Positions 1-11,265 of a stretch of 64,000 nt of DNA are shown here, one piece after another. Below the pieces are notes generated by a model. The model was not told the origin of the DNA. It saw only the letters and a program-made list of their open reading frames with translations, and did no database searches. The translations under genes and the position numbers were made by a program. Position 1 is the first letter of the stretch. Every line of letters starts with the position of its first letter. Origin of the DNA: Octopus sinensis (Eukaryota); assembly GCF_006345805.1 (NCBI RefSeq), contig NC_043000.1:77562001-77626000 (forward strand). Reading direction: 5' to 3'.

Positions 1-181
1 TATAAGGGCTTAGTAAAATAATTACTTTGCCACATACTGAACTCATTAGAAATAGCAGCTAAAGAAATTTCTTCAGCTATTTCTAATACTAAAGAAGATC
101 TCTCTCAGATAGTGTTTGCCTAAACTAACTCACAAAAGTATGGGGGAAAAAACCATTAAAAAATCAAGTGCAAAGGTTATT

Positions 182-233
182 TGAGAACGTACGTTTCTAG
201 ATTAGTCAATTCGACATTTCTTTCTTCAGCTCA
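182..233 (-). ncRNA. Type I minimal hammerhead ribozyme motif
   Basis: Minus strand reads tgag-CTGAAGA-aaga..gtc/gac..tcta-GAA-ACGTACGT-T-ctca: stem I tgag/ctca, palindromic stem III, GUU site. Confidence 0.7.
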
Positions 234-604
234 GAATTCCTTGAATCGGATTGGGCAAAGTAATTTATTTTACTAAGCCCTTATATATTGTAATATTTTG
301 AATTCGCCTATAATGGTCCCTTTACATACTGAACACTTGGTGAAACTGATTAATAATTAATTAATTTTACCCTCAATTGTTGAAATTATAATTCATCTCT
401 CTTAGCTAAATTCTGCGGTCTTCACTGTTAATACTTGGTGTTTGTCAATTTTACCCACGCTGGTGGAAAGGGGAGAGCAGAAATTCTTCGCTTGCATATT
501 CGAATTTGATAGCACTTTTAGTTCGAGCAGAATTCTTAGGTGATTAGAAGCCGAAAGGGTATGCTCCCGACTTTAAGTGTTCCCAAATCCGATTCAAGGA
601 ATTC

Positions 605-655
605 TGAGCTGAAGAAAGAATGTCGAATTGACTAATCTAGAAACGTACGTTCTCA
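605..655 (+). ncRNA. Type I minimal hammerhead ribozyme motif
   Basis: tgag CTGAAGA aaga atgtcgaattgactaa tcta GAA ACGTACGT T ctca; predicted cleavage after 651. Confidence 0.75.
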
Positions 656-855
656 AATAACCTTTGCACTTGATTTTTTAATGTTTTTTTTTCCCCCATA
701 CTTTTGTGAGTTAGTTTAGGCAAACACTATCTGAGAGAGATCTTCTTTAAGTATTAGAAATAGCTGAAGAAATTTCTTTAGCTGCTATTTCTAATGAGTT
801 TCAGTATGTGGCAAAGTAATTTATTTTACTAAGCCCATATATATATATTTATATA

Positions 856-907
<52 letters not shown>

Positions 908-908
908 C

Positions 909-947
909 CTGTTACTTTGGAGTTTCACGTTCCCGTTCGTCGGACAG
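909..947 (-). ncRNA. Minimal hammerhead motif (CCGACGA core variant)
   Basis: Minus strand reads ctgt CCGACGA acg-ggaa-cgt GAA act-ccaa-agt A acag. Confidence 0.65.
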
Positions 948-974
948 TTTTGTTAAAAACAGTTTTAAAACAAA

Positions 975-1012
975 CTGTCCGACGAACGGGAACGTGAAAC
1001 TCCGAGTAACAG
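975..1012 (+). ncRNA. Minimal hammerhead motif (CCGACGA core variant)
   Basis: ctgt CCGACGA acg-ggaa-cgt GAA act-ccg-agt A acag; GNRA-capped stem II, GUA site at 1006-1008. Confidence 0.7.
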
Positions 1013-1121
1013 GTTATGTTGAATTTCTGCTGCTTTTAAATAAAGCATATTACTCTACCCCTGATATTTGAGTACTCTTTTTTCCACCTTGTTTCACATT
1101 TATGTGTTTACTCCGGTATAT

Positions 1122-1158
<37 letters not shown>

Positions 1159-1161
1159 GTA

Positions 1162-1557
1162 TCTATATATAAAACTGAATTGCGTTTTTACCGCTTGGAT
1201 CGCTTTCAATGCCACTACATCCCGTCCGATTCGCTCCAAAATTTACAGGGACATGTAGAATGAGGTGACGATGCGCGTGGGCTACCTTACAAATCCCTAT
1301 CTTAAAAGGTGTGGTTGCTAGGGGCCATCTTCCTCACTCACCCTATTTCCTCCTTTCCCTCTCTTACTCCTCTTCATAACTTTCAGAAGTCCACTACGGT
1401 TATTTAAAGTATCTGTCACTATCGCTATTTCCTTTCTTTTTCACTGACTCTGTTTCCTACCTTCCTATCACTTCGGCGGCGTTCTTTTAAGTATATGTCT
1501 GTCACCAACAATCAACACACGAGCATGAGAACAAATATTATGAATCAGATATTCTTG
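1162..1557 (+). mobile_element. Non-autonomous Helitron-like element, 5' part
   Basis: Begins A^TCTATATATAAAA; homologous to the minus-strand copy at ~8900-9291. Confidence 0.5.
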
Positions 1558-1558
1558 C

Positions 1559-2032
1559 GTTTGTAAGGGAAATAACTATATAAGCATTTTTAGTGAGTTA
1601 TAGCAAAAAAAATAGCAAAAAATGCATTAAAAATGGAATAAAAAATGATAGTAACTTTTTTTTTAAATCGTTGACTCATCGTAGACATTTTTAGAGAGTT
1701 ACTTCCCTTATATAATAGCGAAAAATGCATTAAAAATGGAATAAAAAATTATGGTATTTTTTTTTAATCGTTGACTCATCGTAGACATTTTTAGAGAGTT
1801 ACTTCCCTTATATAATAGCAAAAAATGCATTAACATGGAATAAAAAATTATGGTAAATTTTTTTTTTAAATCGTAGACTCATCGTAGACGCGCGCTAATA
1901 CCCAGAAGGGCTCGATATGAATCACGACTATAAGATACCCGGTTTTGGTTACACTGCACCGCAAAATGTGGGAGTGGTTAGGAATCTAAATCGTAGGAGA
2001 CAGACACACAACCTTACTTTTATATATAAAGA
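1559..2032 (-). mobile_element. Non-autonomous Helitron, 3'-truncated, with internal ~115-bp tandem repeats
   Basis: 5' TC at 2032-2031; homologous to 2033-2550; the unit aaatgcattaa..aaatcgttgactcatcgtagac occurs three times. Confidence 0.65.
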
Positions 2033-2550
2033 CTAGCAGTATCGCCCGGCGTTGCTCGGGTTTGTAAGGGAAATAACTATATAAGCATTTTTAGAGACTT
2101 ATAGCAAAAAAATGCATTAAAAATGGAATAAAAAGTGATGGTAATTTTTTTTCTAAATCGTTGACTCAGTGTCTTCAAGCCATGAAGTCTTTGTTCTAAA
2201 AGAACGCTGGTCTCCTTGACAACGCTTTACGACGTTGATTTCCTTACACTCCCTTCCCCACAGCTTCACGAGGGAGAAGCAAACAGGTGCAGATGTGAGC
2301 GTGGACGCCAACTCCGCCGCCATCGACACACGAAAAATTATGCATTAAAATGGAATAAAAAATTATGTTAAATTATTTTTAAAATCGTAGACTCATCGTA
2401 GACGCGCGCTAATAGTCAGACGGGCTCGATATGAATCACGACTATAAGATACCCGAATTTGGTTAAACTGCACCGCAAAATGTGGGAGTAGTTAGGAATC
2501 TAAATCGAAGGGGATAGACACTCACACAACTACAGTTTTATATATATAGA
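2033..2550 (-). mobile_element. Complete non-autonomous Helitron
   Basis: Minus strand A^TCtatatatataaaac ... cccgagcaacgccggg hairpin-cgatactg-CTAG^T; canonical Helitron termini with no TSD. Confidence 0.8.
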
Positions 2551-2649
2551 TATATTTTCTATGTTATATTTTCTTTTTTTATGTTTTTGTCTTTGGTTTT
2601 TCACTGTTTGATTTGCCTATTAGTGGTTTTATCTCTAATTTAATTTATA

Positions 2650-2691
2650 CAGATATATATCTCATTTGTATACATTTGTATATATAATGCG

Positions 2692-2729
<38 letters not shown>

Positions 2730-3935
2730 CACATATATATATAATGTGTGCATTACGTAGTCGGTCGATTCAGCTGAAAATATGCACACCTATGTTTAAG
2801 GTGCTGACAAGTTTGCATGACAACTATTTTGTTCCTCAAATGAAAGGCGTCACCACTAGGACAAAATTCCTCATCTTATAAAATGTGGCCCCAGTAGACC
2901 CGAATGAAATCGGGTTATATTAACCAAAATGTGAAAAGGGGTCTAAATGGGGCTGGAAGGGGATTAAAATTTCTAGGAGTGGGTGTTTAGGAATTCTCTG
3001 TTACATCAAGCTAAAAAATTTGCGCCAGCCTTTTAATCGTCAATGTGTTGCCGTCCATGATAAAGAAGTTTTGAATGCTTGCCATGGTGAGTCTACTGTC
3101 GTGAGAAAGAATCACTTCAAAACTTGGTGTTTACGAATTTTCTTTTACATCGAGTTCAAAATTTTACGCCAGCCGTTAAACTGTCACTACGTTGCTGTCC
3201 GTCGTTAACAAATGCCAGCCATGGTGACTCTACTATCCTCAGATTCTATCCCTTCAAACTTTGGTTTCCAATATTTTATTATTTTTATTCAGCTCGCAAG
3301 TTCGTCTGTCCCTTTTAAATGTTAGCGTTTTGCTGTCTGCCTTGAAGCAGACCTTTCCATTGCCACTGCCTCATATTTCTGATTGATCTTTCTAAATATT
3401 TTATTTCTCAACTTACTCAAGATCTTCTGTTGTTTATAAATGGGAGAGAGATAGATAAAGATAGAGAGTAAGAGAAAGCGAGGGAGAGTCCGAGAGAAAA
3501 GAAAAGTAAGAGAGTGGGAAAGTGAGAGAGAAAGGAGAGAGAAACAAATACGGAGAATCATCATCATCATCATCGTTTAACGTCCGTTTTCCGTGCTAGC
3601 ACGGGTTGGGCAGTGTGACCGGGGTCTCGGAAGCCAGGAGGCTGCACCAGGCTCCAGTCTGATCTGGCAGTGTTTCTACAGGCGGATGACCTTCCTAACG
3701 CCAACCACTCTGTGAGTATAGTGAGTGCTTTTTTCGTGCCGCCGGCACTGGTGCCAGGGGGTCTCGCAGTGGCAACGACCGGTTGGTGCTTTTTACGTGC
3801 CACCGGCACAGAAGCAAGTCAAGGCGGTGATGCAATCGGCCACGTTCGGATGGTGCTTTTTACGTGCTGAAAGGAAGCAACAGAAAGTAACACCCATACT
3901 CTTACCCGCGCGTAGAGCGGGTCACCTTCAGCTAG
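2650..3935 (+). mobile_element. Composite non-autonomous Helitron-like element interrupted by a SINE
   Basis: 3' hairpin acccgcgcgtagagcgggt followed by CTAG^T at 3932-3936; segments are homologous (inverted) to 7403-7610 and 8490-8770. Confidence 0.6.
3558..3868 (-). mobile_element. SINE or LINE 3' tail with (ATG)n end, probably RTE-associated
   Basis: (CAT)n followed by tttaacgtccgttttcc..ggatgaccttcctaacgccaac; a second copy lies at 5985-6240. Confidence 0.55.
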
Positions 3936-3956
3936 TATATATATATATACATATAT

Positions 3957-3999
<43 letters not shown>

Positions 4000-4398
4000 T
4001 ACATATATATATACATACATATATATGTGTGGTTGCGCGCGCGTATGTGTGTATGTGTGTGCGCGCACGCATGAGTGCATGTGTGTGTGTGTTTGTGTGC
4101 GTGATTGTGCGTCTTGATTTTTCAAATACATGTTGCTGGCCGTTCTGTGTTTCTCTTAGCAAATTATGCACCATAAATGTGTTTTAGTTGCTTTGATAAA
4201 CATGTCTAAATGTCTCGTCTACAGAAAATAAGGTAGGATAATTACTACGCTTATGGCTTCTTTTGTAGAAAAACACAAATCTACAACTATTTATGTCCCT
4301 ATAACGTATCGGTTCGGCATAAAAGAACAAAAGTACTGGCGTCGATTTGTTCGCTTAAATCCACCGCACCGATGCCACAGAAAACAAGTTAATGATAG

Positions 4399-4429
<31 letters not shown>

Positions 4430-4710
4430 TGTGTGTGTGTGTGTAAAGAAAAAACACAAAAGGGTTAAGGATCACATATGCTGTTTCAGACGCTTTTTTT
4501 GTAGTGATGAATAAACCGATTGCATCATGAAAACGAAACCGCTTTCTTTAGGTGAACTAAAAATTTCAAAATTGGGATACAGAAACCAGTACCAAAATTT
4601 GTGTTGACCTTCACAATTTGGCAACAAAATTACCTCGACCCTAATTTGGTGTCCTTATTATTAAAATACCTTGTTTCAGATGAATCTTCAAATAATTAAT
4701 CATAAATATA

Positions 4711-5979
4711 CACGGTGCGTAACATATTTGAGGACAGATTTATGTTTGTAAAAAAAAATGATATATAATAACAGATAATAACTTTATTTATCAAAAATGC
4801 TATACGGATAAAAATAAACCTTCTTTTCTATAATATTATTCAATAAAGTCACCTTCAGCTTCAACAACTGCTTCTATATGAGATCTAAATTATCTACATG
4901 CTCGAATCAAGTGGTCCTAGTATATTTTGGACATTACTCTGACTATAGCAGCTTTCACAGAATCTTTGGTGTTATGGGCGTGTTCATTGACCTCTCTCTC
5001 AACAACGCTCCACATGTAATAGTCCAATGGATTGACATCTGGGGAATTAGGGGGCCAAACGTTAAGGGTTATGTGATCATGAAAATTTTCAGCCATCCAT
5101 TCCTGTGTTACTAGAGTCATATGTAATAGTGCAGAGTCTTACTGAAATACATATGACCTTCCGTTGCATACACTGTCTATCCAGGGCTTAACAATTTTTC
5201 CTAGGACCTCAATGTAGGCGGCAGAGTTAACTCTAAGGGCTTGAGGAAAGAAGTAAGGAGGTATCACATGTCCTTCATTGTTAACAACCCCTAAACCTAT
5301 GACAGTTGCCTGGAAATTTTGTATGCATAACACTTGGAACTTCAGAAGTGTCTGCATATAACCAGCAGTTATTTTTTCTGTTAACTTTTTGATCTTGGTC
5401 GTAGTCTTCTCGCTTGAGAAAAACCAGATCAAATCTTCTACTGGATTTTTCATTTTGTTTAAAAGCCTTTTAGATCTGATGTAGTAATTTTTATTTTTAC
5501 TTTTTGCATTTCTGGACAAATTGACCTTTCCTCATTATATAAGATTTATATGATGTCTTCGTGGACAACATTTCTGACTGTTCCTTCTGACATATGGGGA
5601 TCTTTTGCAATTTACCTCATGGATTTTCTGGGATTGTAATCAATGGTCTGTTGAACTTGCTGGATAAATTCAGGTGTTCTGATGGTTTCAGAGGGTTTAG
5701 AATGCTTTTTATGCTTTCATACTGGTGATACATTTCTATCTTCAGTCTCTAGCTCCTTACAAACTTTGTAGACGAAAGAGCTGACAACTTTTAAAACTCG
5801 AGATATTTTTAAATCGCAATGTTCAGCCTTTATAACCACAATAACAGCATGCCTCTTCATTTCTTGAGTAAGCCGAGGATCTGCCATTATTATTTTCTGA
5901 AGCAAAGATTATACAGAGTTAGCAAAAAATGCAGCAATGATCCAAAAAAGGTATGTTCTCAAATAACTTACGCACCCTG
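4711..5979 (-). mobile_element. Decayed Tc1/mariner-superfamily transposon (maT/DD37D-like)
   Basis: TA-flanked ~28-bp TIRs (cacggtgcgtaa../..ttacgcaccctg). Transposase fragments at 5717-5905, 5139-5519 and 4917-5120 include WPPNSPDVNPLDY. Frameshifted. Confidence 0.85.
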
Positions 5980-5984
5980 TATAT

Positions 5985-6240
5985 ATCATCATCATCAACA
6001 TCTTTTAACGTCTGTTTTCCATGCTGGCAAGGGTTGGGCGGGTTGACTAGAGCTGGCAAGCTGGAGAACTACACCAGCTTCCAGTGATATTTGGTTTGGT
6101 TCCTATGGCTGGACGCCCTTCCTAGCGCCAAACACTTTACAGTGTATGCTGGATGCTTTTAAGGTGACACCAACGCACTTTTATGTAGTGCCCGCACGAG
6201 TAATTTTTACATGACACTGGTACAGGGCTCTTGCAGGATG
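5985..6240 (-). mobile_element. Second copy of the (ATG)n-tailed SINE-like repeat
   Basis: catcatcatcaacatcttttaacgtctgttttccatgctggc..ggacgcccttcctagcgccaa resembles 3558-3720. Confidence 0.5.
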
Positions 6241-6263
6241 ATCCTCTTCATCATCAATAAACA

Positions 6264-6556
6264 TCTTTTATCATTTTCTTGTTTCAGTAATTTGATTGCA
6301 TCCATGCTGGGACATCGCCTTGAGGGGTTTTTAGTCGAACAAATCGAGCACAAGACTTATAATTTTAAGCCTAGTATTTATTCTATCGATCTATTTTGCC
6401 GAACCGTTATGTTACAGGGTTATAAACACACTAACATCAGTTGTCAAGCGGTAATGGGGGGAAAAATACAGACACAAAGTCGCGCGGCACACACAGACAT
6501 ACAAACACGCACACACACGCACACCCACACGCACACATCCACACACACACACACGT

Positions 6557-6588
<32 letters not shown>

Positions 6589-6720
6589 ACATAGCCATCA
6601 ACCAAATGTTACTCAGAAGGAATTAGTCAGACTATGGGTGATGGCACTCTGTGTAGGGCAAGGAAGGACCAAACCAGAAACCAAGTGTTTGGAAAGCAAA
6701 CATACTAACCACACCTCCAT
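6264..6720 (-). mobile_element. Diverged tRNA-derived SINE of the 54979-55403 family
   Basis: Shares the tail (cttgtttcagt..ccatgctgg), body (acttattctatcg) and central CA microsatellite. Confidence 0.55.
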
Positions 6721-7402
6721 GAGATTTGGCTCAACATAACAAAGCTTTATTATGATAAACATGTTTTACTGCAAGTATGTACACACAAAGAAGTTGATGT
6801 TTAACTAGAGATAGAGTAAGGCAGAGACACTGGAATAAAACTCTTCTATTTTCTACATTCGTCCTGCCGGTGTTGTTTTTTTTTATATAATTAGACACAC
6901 ACAGTCACACACGCGCGCACACACGCACACACACATACGCACACACATGTATACTCATTCTCCATCATACATATCTTGTGACGTATTCACATGTATATAG
7001 AATCTATACACACTGCATACACTGTTTACATGTATATAAACTGTACATTCACTACATAGTCACTTGGAATGTATTTACCACGTTATCGGATGTCGAATGA
7101 CCTTTGATAAAATCTTGATAGCCGAATTATCTGCATGGGTATACACAGACCTTTCACATTTCACACAGACCTACACATCTATATAACGCACATGCAGACA
7201 TATGCTTGTATCTGAGTGTTCCATGTGTGCATACGTGCGTGCGTGTGCATGCGTGCGAGCGCGTGCTTTTGCTTCTATTTATAATGTATGTATACGGATA
7301 TAGATTTTTTATATACATACATGTACGCATATGTATATATACTTATATATGCACACATTTATATGTATGATATATATATCTGCATATATTTATTATATAT
7401 AT

Positions 7403-8830
7403 ACTCGCTTAAGGTGACCTGCTCTACGCGCGGGTGAGGTTGTGGTTGTTACTTTCTGTTGCTTCCTTTCTGTTTCTTATCGCCACATTCTCCCTCTTTG
7501 TTTCTCTATCCTTTCTCATTTTCCCACTCTCTTACTCTTCCTTTCGGACTTTCCCTCGCTTTCTCTTACTCTTTATCTTTCTCTATCTATCTCTCAGCCA
7601 TTTATAAAAAAATTAGTTTTCCGCGTTTAAATTACAAATCCGCTTCCACCATGTTGAAAATTTGATTGAAATCGGGCAAAAGGTGTCCGATCTAGACCAC
7701 CAAGTGCCCCCCAAAATCAATAAAATCCCAGTTTTCACACCAAAGCAACCACTGTAGCGCCCTGCAACCTCTCCCAATCAATTTCCCCCCTCAAGTTACC
7801 CCCTCCTGTAAATTTGAATCCCCTTCCAGCCCCATTTAGACCCCTTTTTACATAAAAAATCCAATTTGTATCAACGTTCGCCTTCTTCATTTTATAGATA
7901 GGATTAGATGCCATTCGCGCCAATCTGGAGGGGCTTAGAGCTCCCTTGAATCTTCTCACCATAGCAACCGCATCTTTCCAGATAGTGAGTTTTAGCCTAC
8001 TCAACTCTGCCTCATCACGCCTTCTATGCCTGTGTCAATTTTCAGCTCGATCTGACCAGTAGTGTGGCCACCACCCTCTGACGTAGCAAAACGTGTACAC
8101 AATTTTGACCCAAAGCCTCTTTTATATATATACATAACAGAAAAACCCGGTCTTGCTCGGGATTAAACTAGTTTATCATTGTTTTATTTGTTTCGGTATT
8201 ATAACTAGATTTCATTCGGGTCTACGCGGGCCACACTTTAAAGATGAGGAATTTTGCCCTACTTCCACACCTTTCAATTGAGCAAACTCAAAGTTGCATT
8301 GCAAACCCGCCAGGACTTTTAACATAGGTGTGCAAACTTTCAACTGAATCCTACCATATTTACTAACACTTTTGCTTGTATAACTGCTTGTGAAACAACG
8401 TCTGCCCTTTTCACGAATATGTAGTAGACCTACAGAGATACCCGACCTTACTAGGGATTAAAATGGCATAGTTTTTCATTGTTTTACTTGTTTGGTTAAT
8501 ATAAGTTGATTTCATTCGGGTGTAATCGGGCCACATTTTAAAAGATGAGGAATTTTGTCCTAGAGGTTACGCCTTTCATTTGATGAAAAAAATAGCTGCC
8601 TTGCAAACTCGCCAACACTTTTAACATAGGTGTGCATATTTTCAGCTCAACCGACAACATAATACACACACACACACATACACACACATATATATATATG
8701 TACATATATACACATTATATATATGTGTGTGTGTGTGTGTACGCATTATATATACAAATGTATACAAATTATAATATATATATATATAATATATGTATAT
8801 ATACATTATATATACATATTTATATATAGA
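7403..8830 (-). mobile_element. Cluster of non-autonomous Helitron-like elements, including a ~220-bp unit duplicated at 8140 and 8440
   Basis: Reverse-complement 3' hairpin at 7412-7433; cccg..cggg hairpin at ~8146 and a degenerate one at ~8441; homology to 2665-2930 and 3420-3930. Confidence 0.55.
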
Positions 8831-8899
8831 TACAGACACACACACACACACACATATAAATTAACCCAATAAATATCTAATTCATAATATTTGGTGGTG

Positions 8900-9291
8900 G
8901 CGATAATAAAACTATATGAATGCAGACAGACGTAGAGAGAGAGAGGCGGTGAGGGAAAGAGTGACAGCGCTGGCGAAGGCGGCGGGGAAAAGATAGTAGT
9001 AGCTGTCAAACGACGTTATAGAAAGAAAGTGAAAGGAAGGGAGGAAAGACAGAGACACGGAGGAAGACAGACAGATAAGAGAATGAGAGAAGACTTGTGA
9101 TAGTGTGCATTTTTTTGCCTTAGTAACCATACCTTTTAAGATAGGGATTTCTCACCTAGCCCACTTACATCCTCACCTCATTTTACATGTCCCTGTAAAT
9201 TTTGGAGTCAATCCGACGGGATCTAGTGCCTTTTAACCCATTCCAGTGCCAAAACCAGACAAACAAACTTTTCGAATTTCAGATTTATAGA
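8900..9291 (-). mobile_element. Helitron-like element, same family as 1162-1557
   Basis: catgtccctgtaaattttggag and ccttttaagatagggattt are reverse complements of 1233-1310; 5' TC at 9291. Confidence 0.55.
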
Positions 9292-9316
9292 TATTGATGA
9301 TAAGAATATATATATA

Positions 9317-9368
<52 letters not shown>

Positions 9369-9689
9369 GGTGGTGTTGTGTGTGTGTGTGTGGTGTGTGT
9401 GCTGCGCGCATATATATATAGACATACACATACACAAATATACTATATTGATACAAACATATATATACATATATATATCATATTATATATGTATCCATAC
9501 TGCATGGCACCTTGGGCGAGTGTCTTCTACACATATATATATATAGTAAGGTTCAGGTTGTTTGTGAACCTCACAAAGGTCCTGACAATTAATTTGTCGT
9601 ATTTACATACCGAAATTTACCGGTAAATAATTGTTGGTTACATGAAAAACCACAGAAAATTATTTACCATTTTTATTGCATATATATAT

Positions 9690-9897
9690 TTTTTTTTTTT
9701 TCTTTACTACCCACAAGGGGCTAAACATAGAGGGGACAAACAAAGAGATTAATTCGATTACATCGACCCCACTGCGTAACTGGAACTTATTTAATCGACC
9801 CCGAAAGGATGAAAGGCAAAGTCGACCTCCGCGGAATTTGAACTCAGAACGTAGTGACAGACGAAATACTGCTGAGCGTTTCTGCCAGCTCGCCGCC
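9690..9897 (-). mobile_element. tRNA-derived SINE with Deu/Nin-like core
   Basis: Minus strand: ggcggcgagc-tggcagaaacg (A box)..gagttcaaattcc (B box)..gcctttcatcctttcggggtcga; A-rich tail. Confidence 0.75.
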
Positions 9898-9913
9898 ATA
9901 AATATATATATAT

Positions 9914-11252
9914 AAATCCTTCAATCCTTAAAAATGTTTTAGCCCGAAGGCCGCGGCCATGCTGGGGCACCACCGCTGAATGAGCTACACTAATATGTGA
10001 ATCCACCTCTGATACGTGGCACTTGATCAACAAGGGAGTTCGATGCTGCTGCCCGCATCTGCGTCTCCTGTTGTGAGGTAGGTTCATCTGGAACTCCCAA
10101 CAAGAAGAGATCCAGTTCAGTTTTAAAGAAACCCACATCCACACCATGTAAGTCTCTTAGGCATTTAGGGAGGATGTTAAAGAGCTGTGGTCCTCTGAAA
10201 CCCAAGCTGTTGCAGTATCTGGTCCTGTATTTTGATGGTGATGTTGGAATCTTTGGCACCATGCAGTGGCGCCCCGTTCTGCGGTTGGGGTAACTTTGAA
10301 TGCCAAAGTTTGGGACAAGAACCTCCAGGATTTTCCAGATGTATATCACCGCATATCCCTCCCGCTTCCGCTCTAGGGAGAAGAGGTTTAATACTTTCAG
10401 TATTTCCCAGTAGCTGATATTTTGCATTGAAACGATCTTCTTTGTGTAGCTTCTCTGAATTGCTTCGTGTTCTGCTGTTAGTTTTATATTGCGTGGTGAC
10501 CATAGTTGGGAGCAGTAGTCCAAGCGGCTGAGGAGGAATGTTTTCCAGAGGACCATCAGTGTCTCCTTCTCTCTTGTTCTGAAAGTTCGGAGAATCCATC
10601 CAGCTAGCCGTCTGCATTTTATCACCAGATTAGTAATATGCACTTGGAAAGATGCATCATTGCTCATGTCAATGCCTAGGTCACGCACTGATTTTGACTA
10701 AGGGATTGCAATTATTCCTGGGCCAGTGTATCCAGTCTGCACGTCGTTTACCTTTGTGTGCCGGTAGCGCAGGGCCTGGAACTTACCTGCATTAAACTGC
10801 ATGTTGTTGTCCTCCGCCCACCTGTATATTTTATCCAACTCCTGTTGCAGATGCGCAATATTTTCAGGGTTTTGTATTGTGTGGGAGACTTTTGTGTCAT
10901 CTGCATAGCTAGCAAGGGTGGCCACCGTAGCAACTGAAGGCATGTCTGAAAGGGCCACTATGAACAGCAGTGGCCCCAAGACAGTGCCCTGTGGAACACC
11001 GCTTGTTATTTGTGTTTCCTTGGAGGTGGCTCCATTGCTCACAACTGCCTGTCTTCTGTCTTTTAGGAAGTTGTGCAGCCCCTCTCCAAGTTTTCTGCCT
11101 ATGCCGAGACCACGCAGATTGTGACAGATCATACCATGGTCGACTTTATCAAAGGCTTTTGCAAAGTCGAGATATATTACATCCACATTTGAGCCATTTA
11201 GTAGCTGTTTTAACACCCAGTCATAATGTTGCAGGAGCTGTGTTAGGCAGCT
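9914..11252 (-). mobile_element. 5'-truncated CR1/L2-group LINE (RT pseudogene)
   Basis: LDFAKAFDKVDH, GVPQGTVLGP and YADD motifs; in-frame TAG at 10698-10700 joins the two ORFs; 3'UTR stem-loop and aggatt-repeat tail. Confidence 0.9.
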
Positions 11253-11265
11253 TCTATATATATAT

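Larger units (their letters stand above)
1..838. mobile_element. Non-coding fold-back Penelope-like pseudo-LTR remnant (~255-bp inverted arms)
   Basis: 1-255 is the reverse complement of ~583-838. Each arm carries a hammerhead motif and the right end runs into (TA)n. Confidence 0.75.
904..1118 (+). mobile_element. Solo PLE pseudo-LTR end with ~115-bp hairpin, related to the 17-22 kb Penelope pLTR
   Basis: 904-950 is inverted relative to 972-1017. 972-1117 matches the reverse complement of 20625-20768. Flanked by (TA)n on both sides. Confidence 0.8.

Noticed and set aside
1600-1890. Regularly spaced repeats resembling a CRISPR array
   Set aside because: Whole ~115-bp units repeat without unique spacers, they lie inside a Helitron, and the context is eukaryotic with no cas genes.
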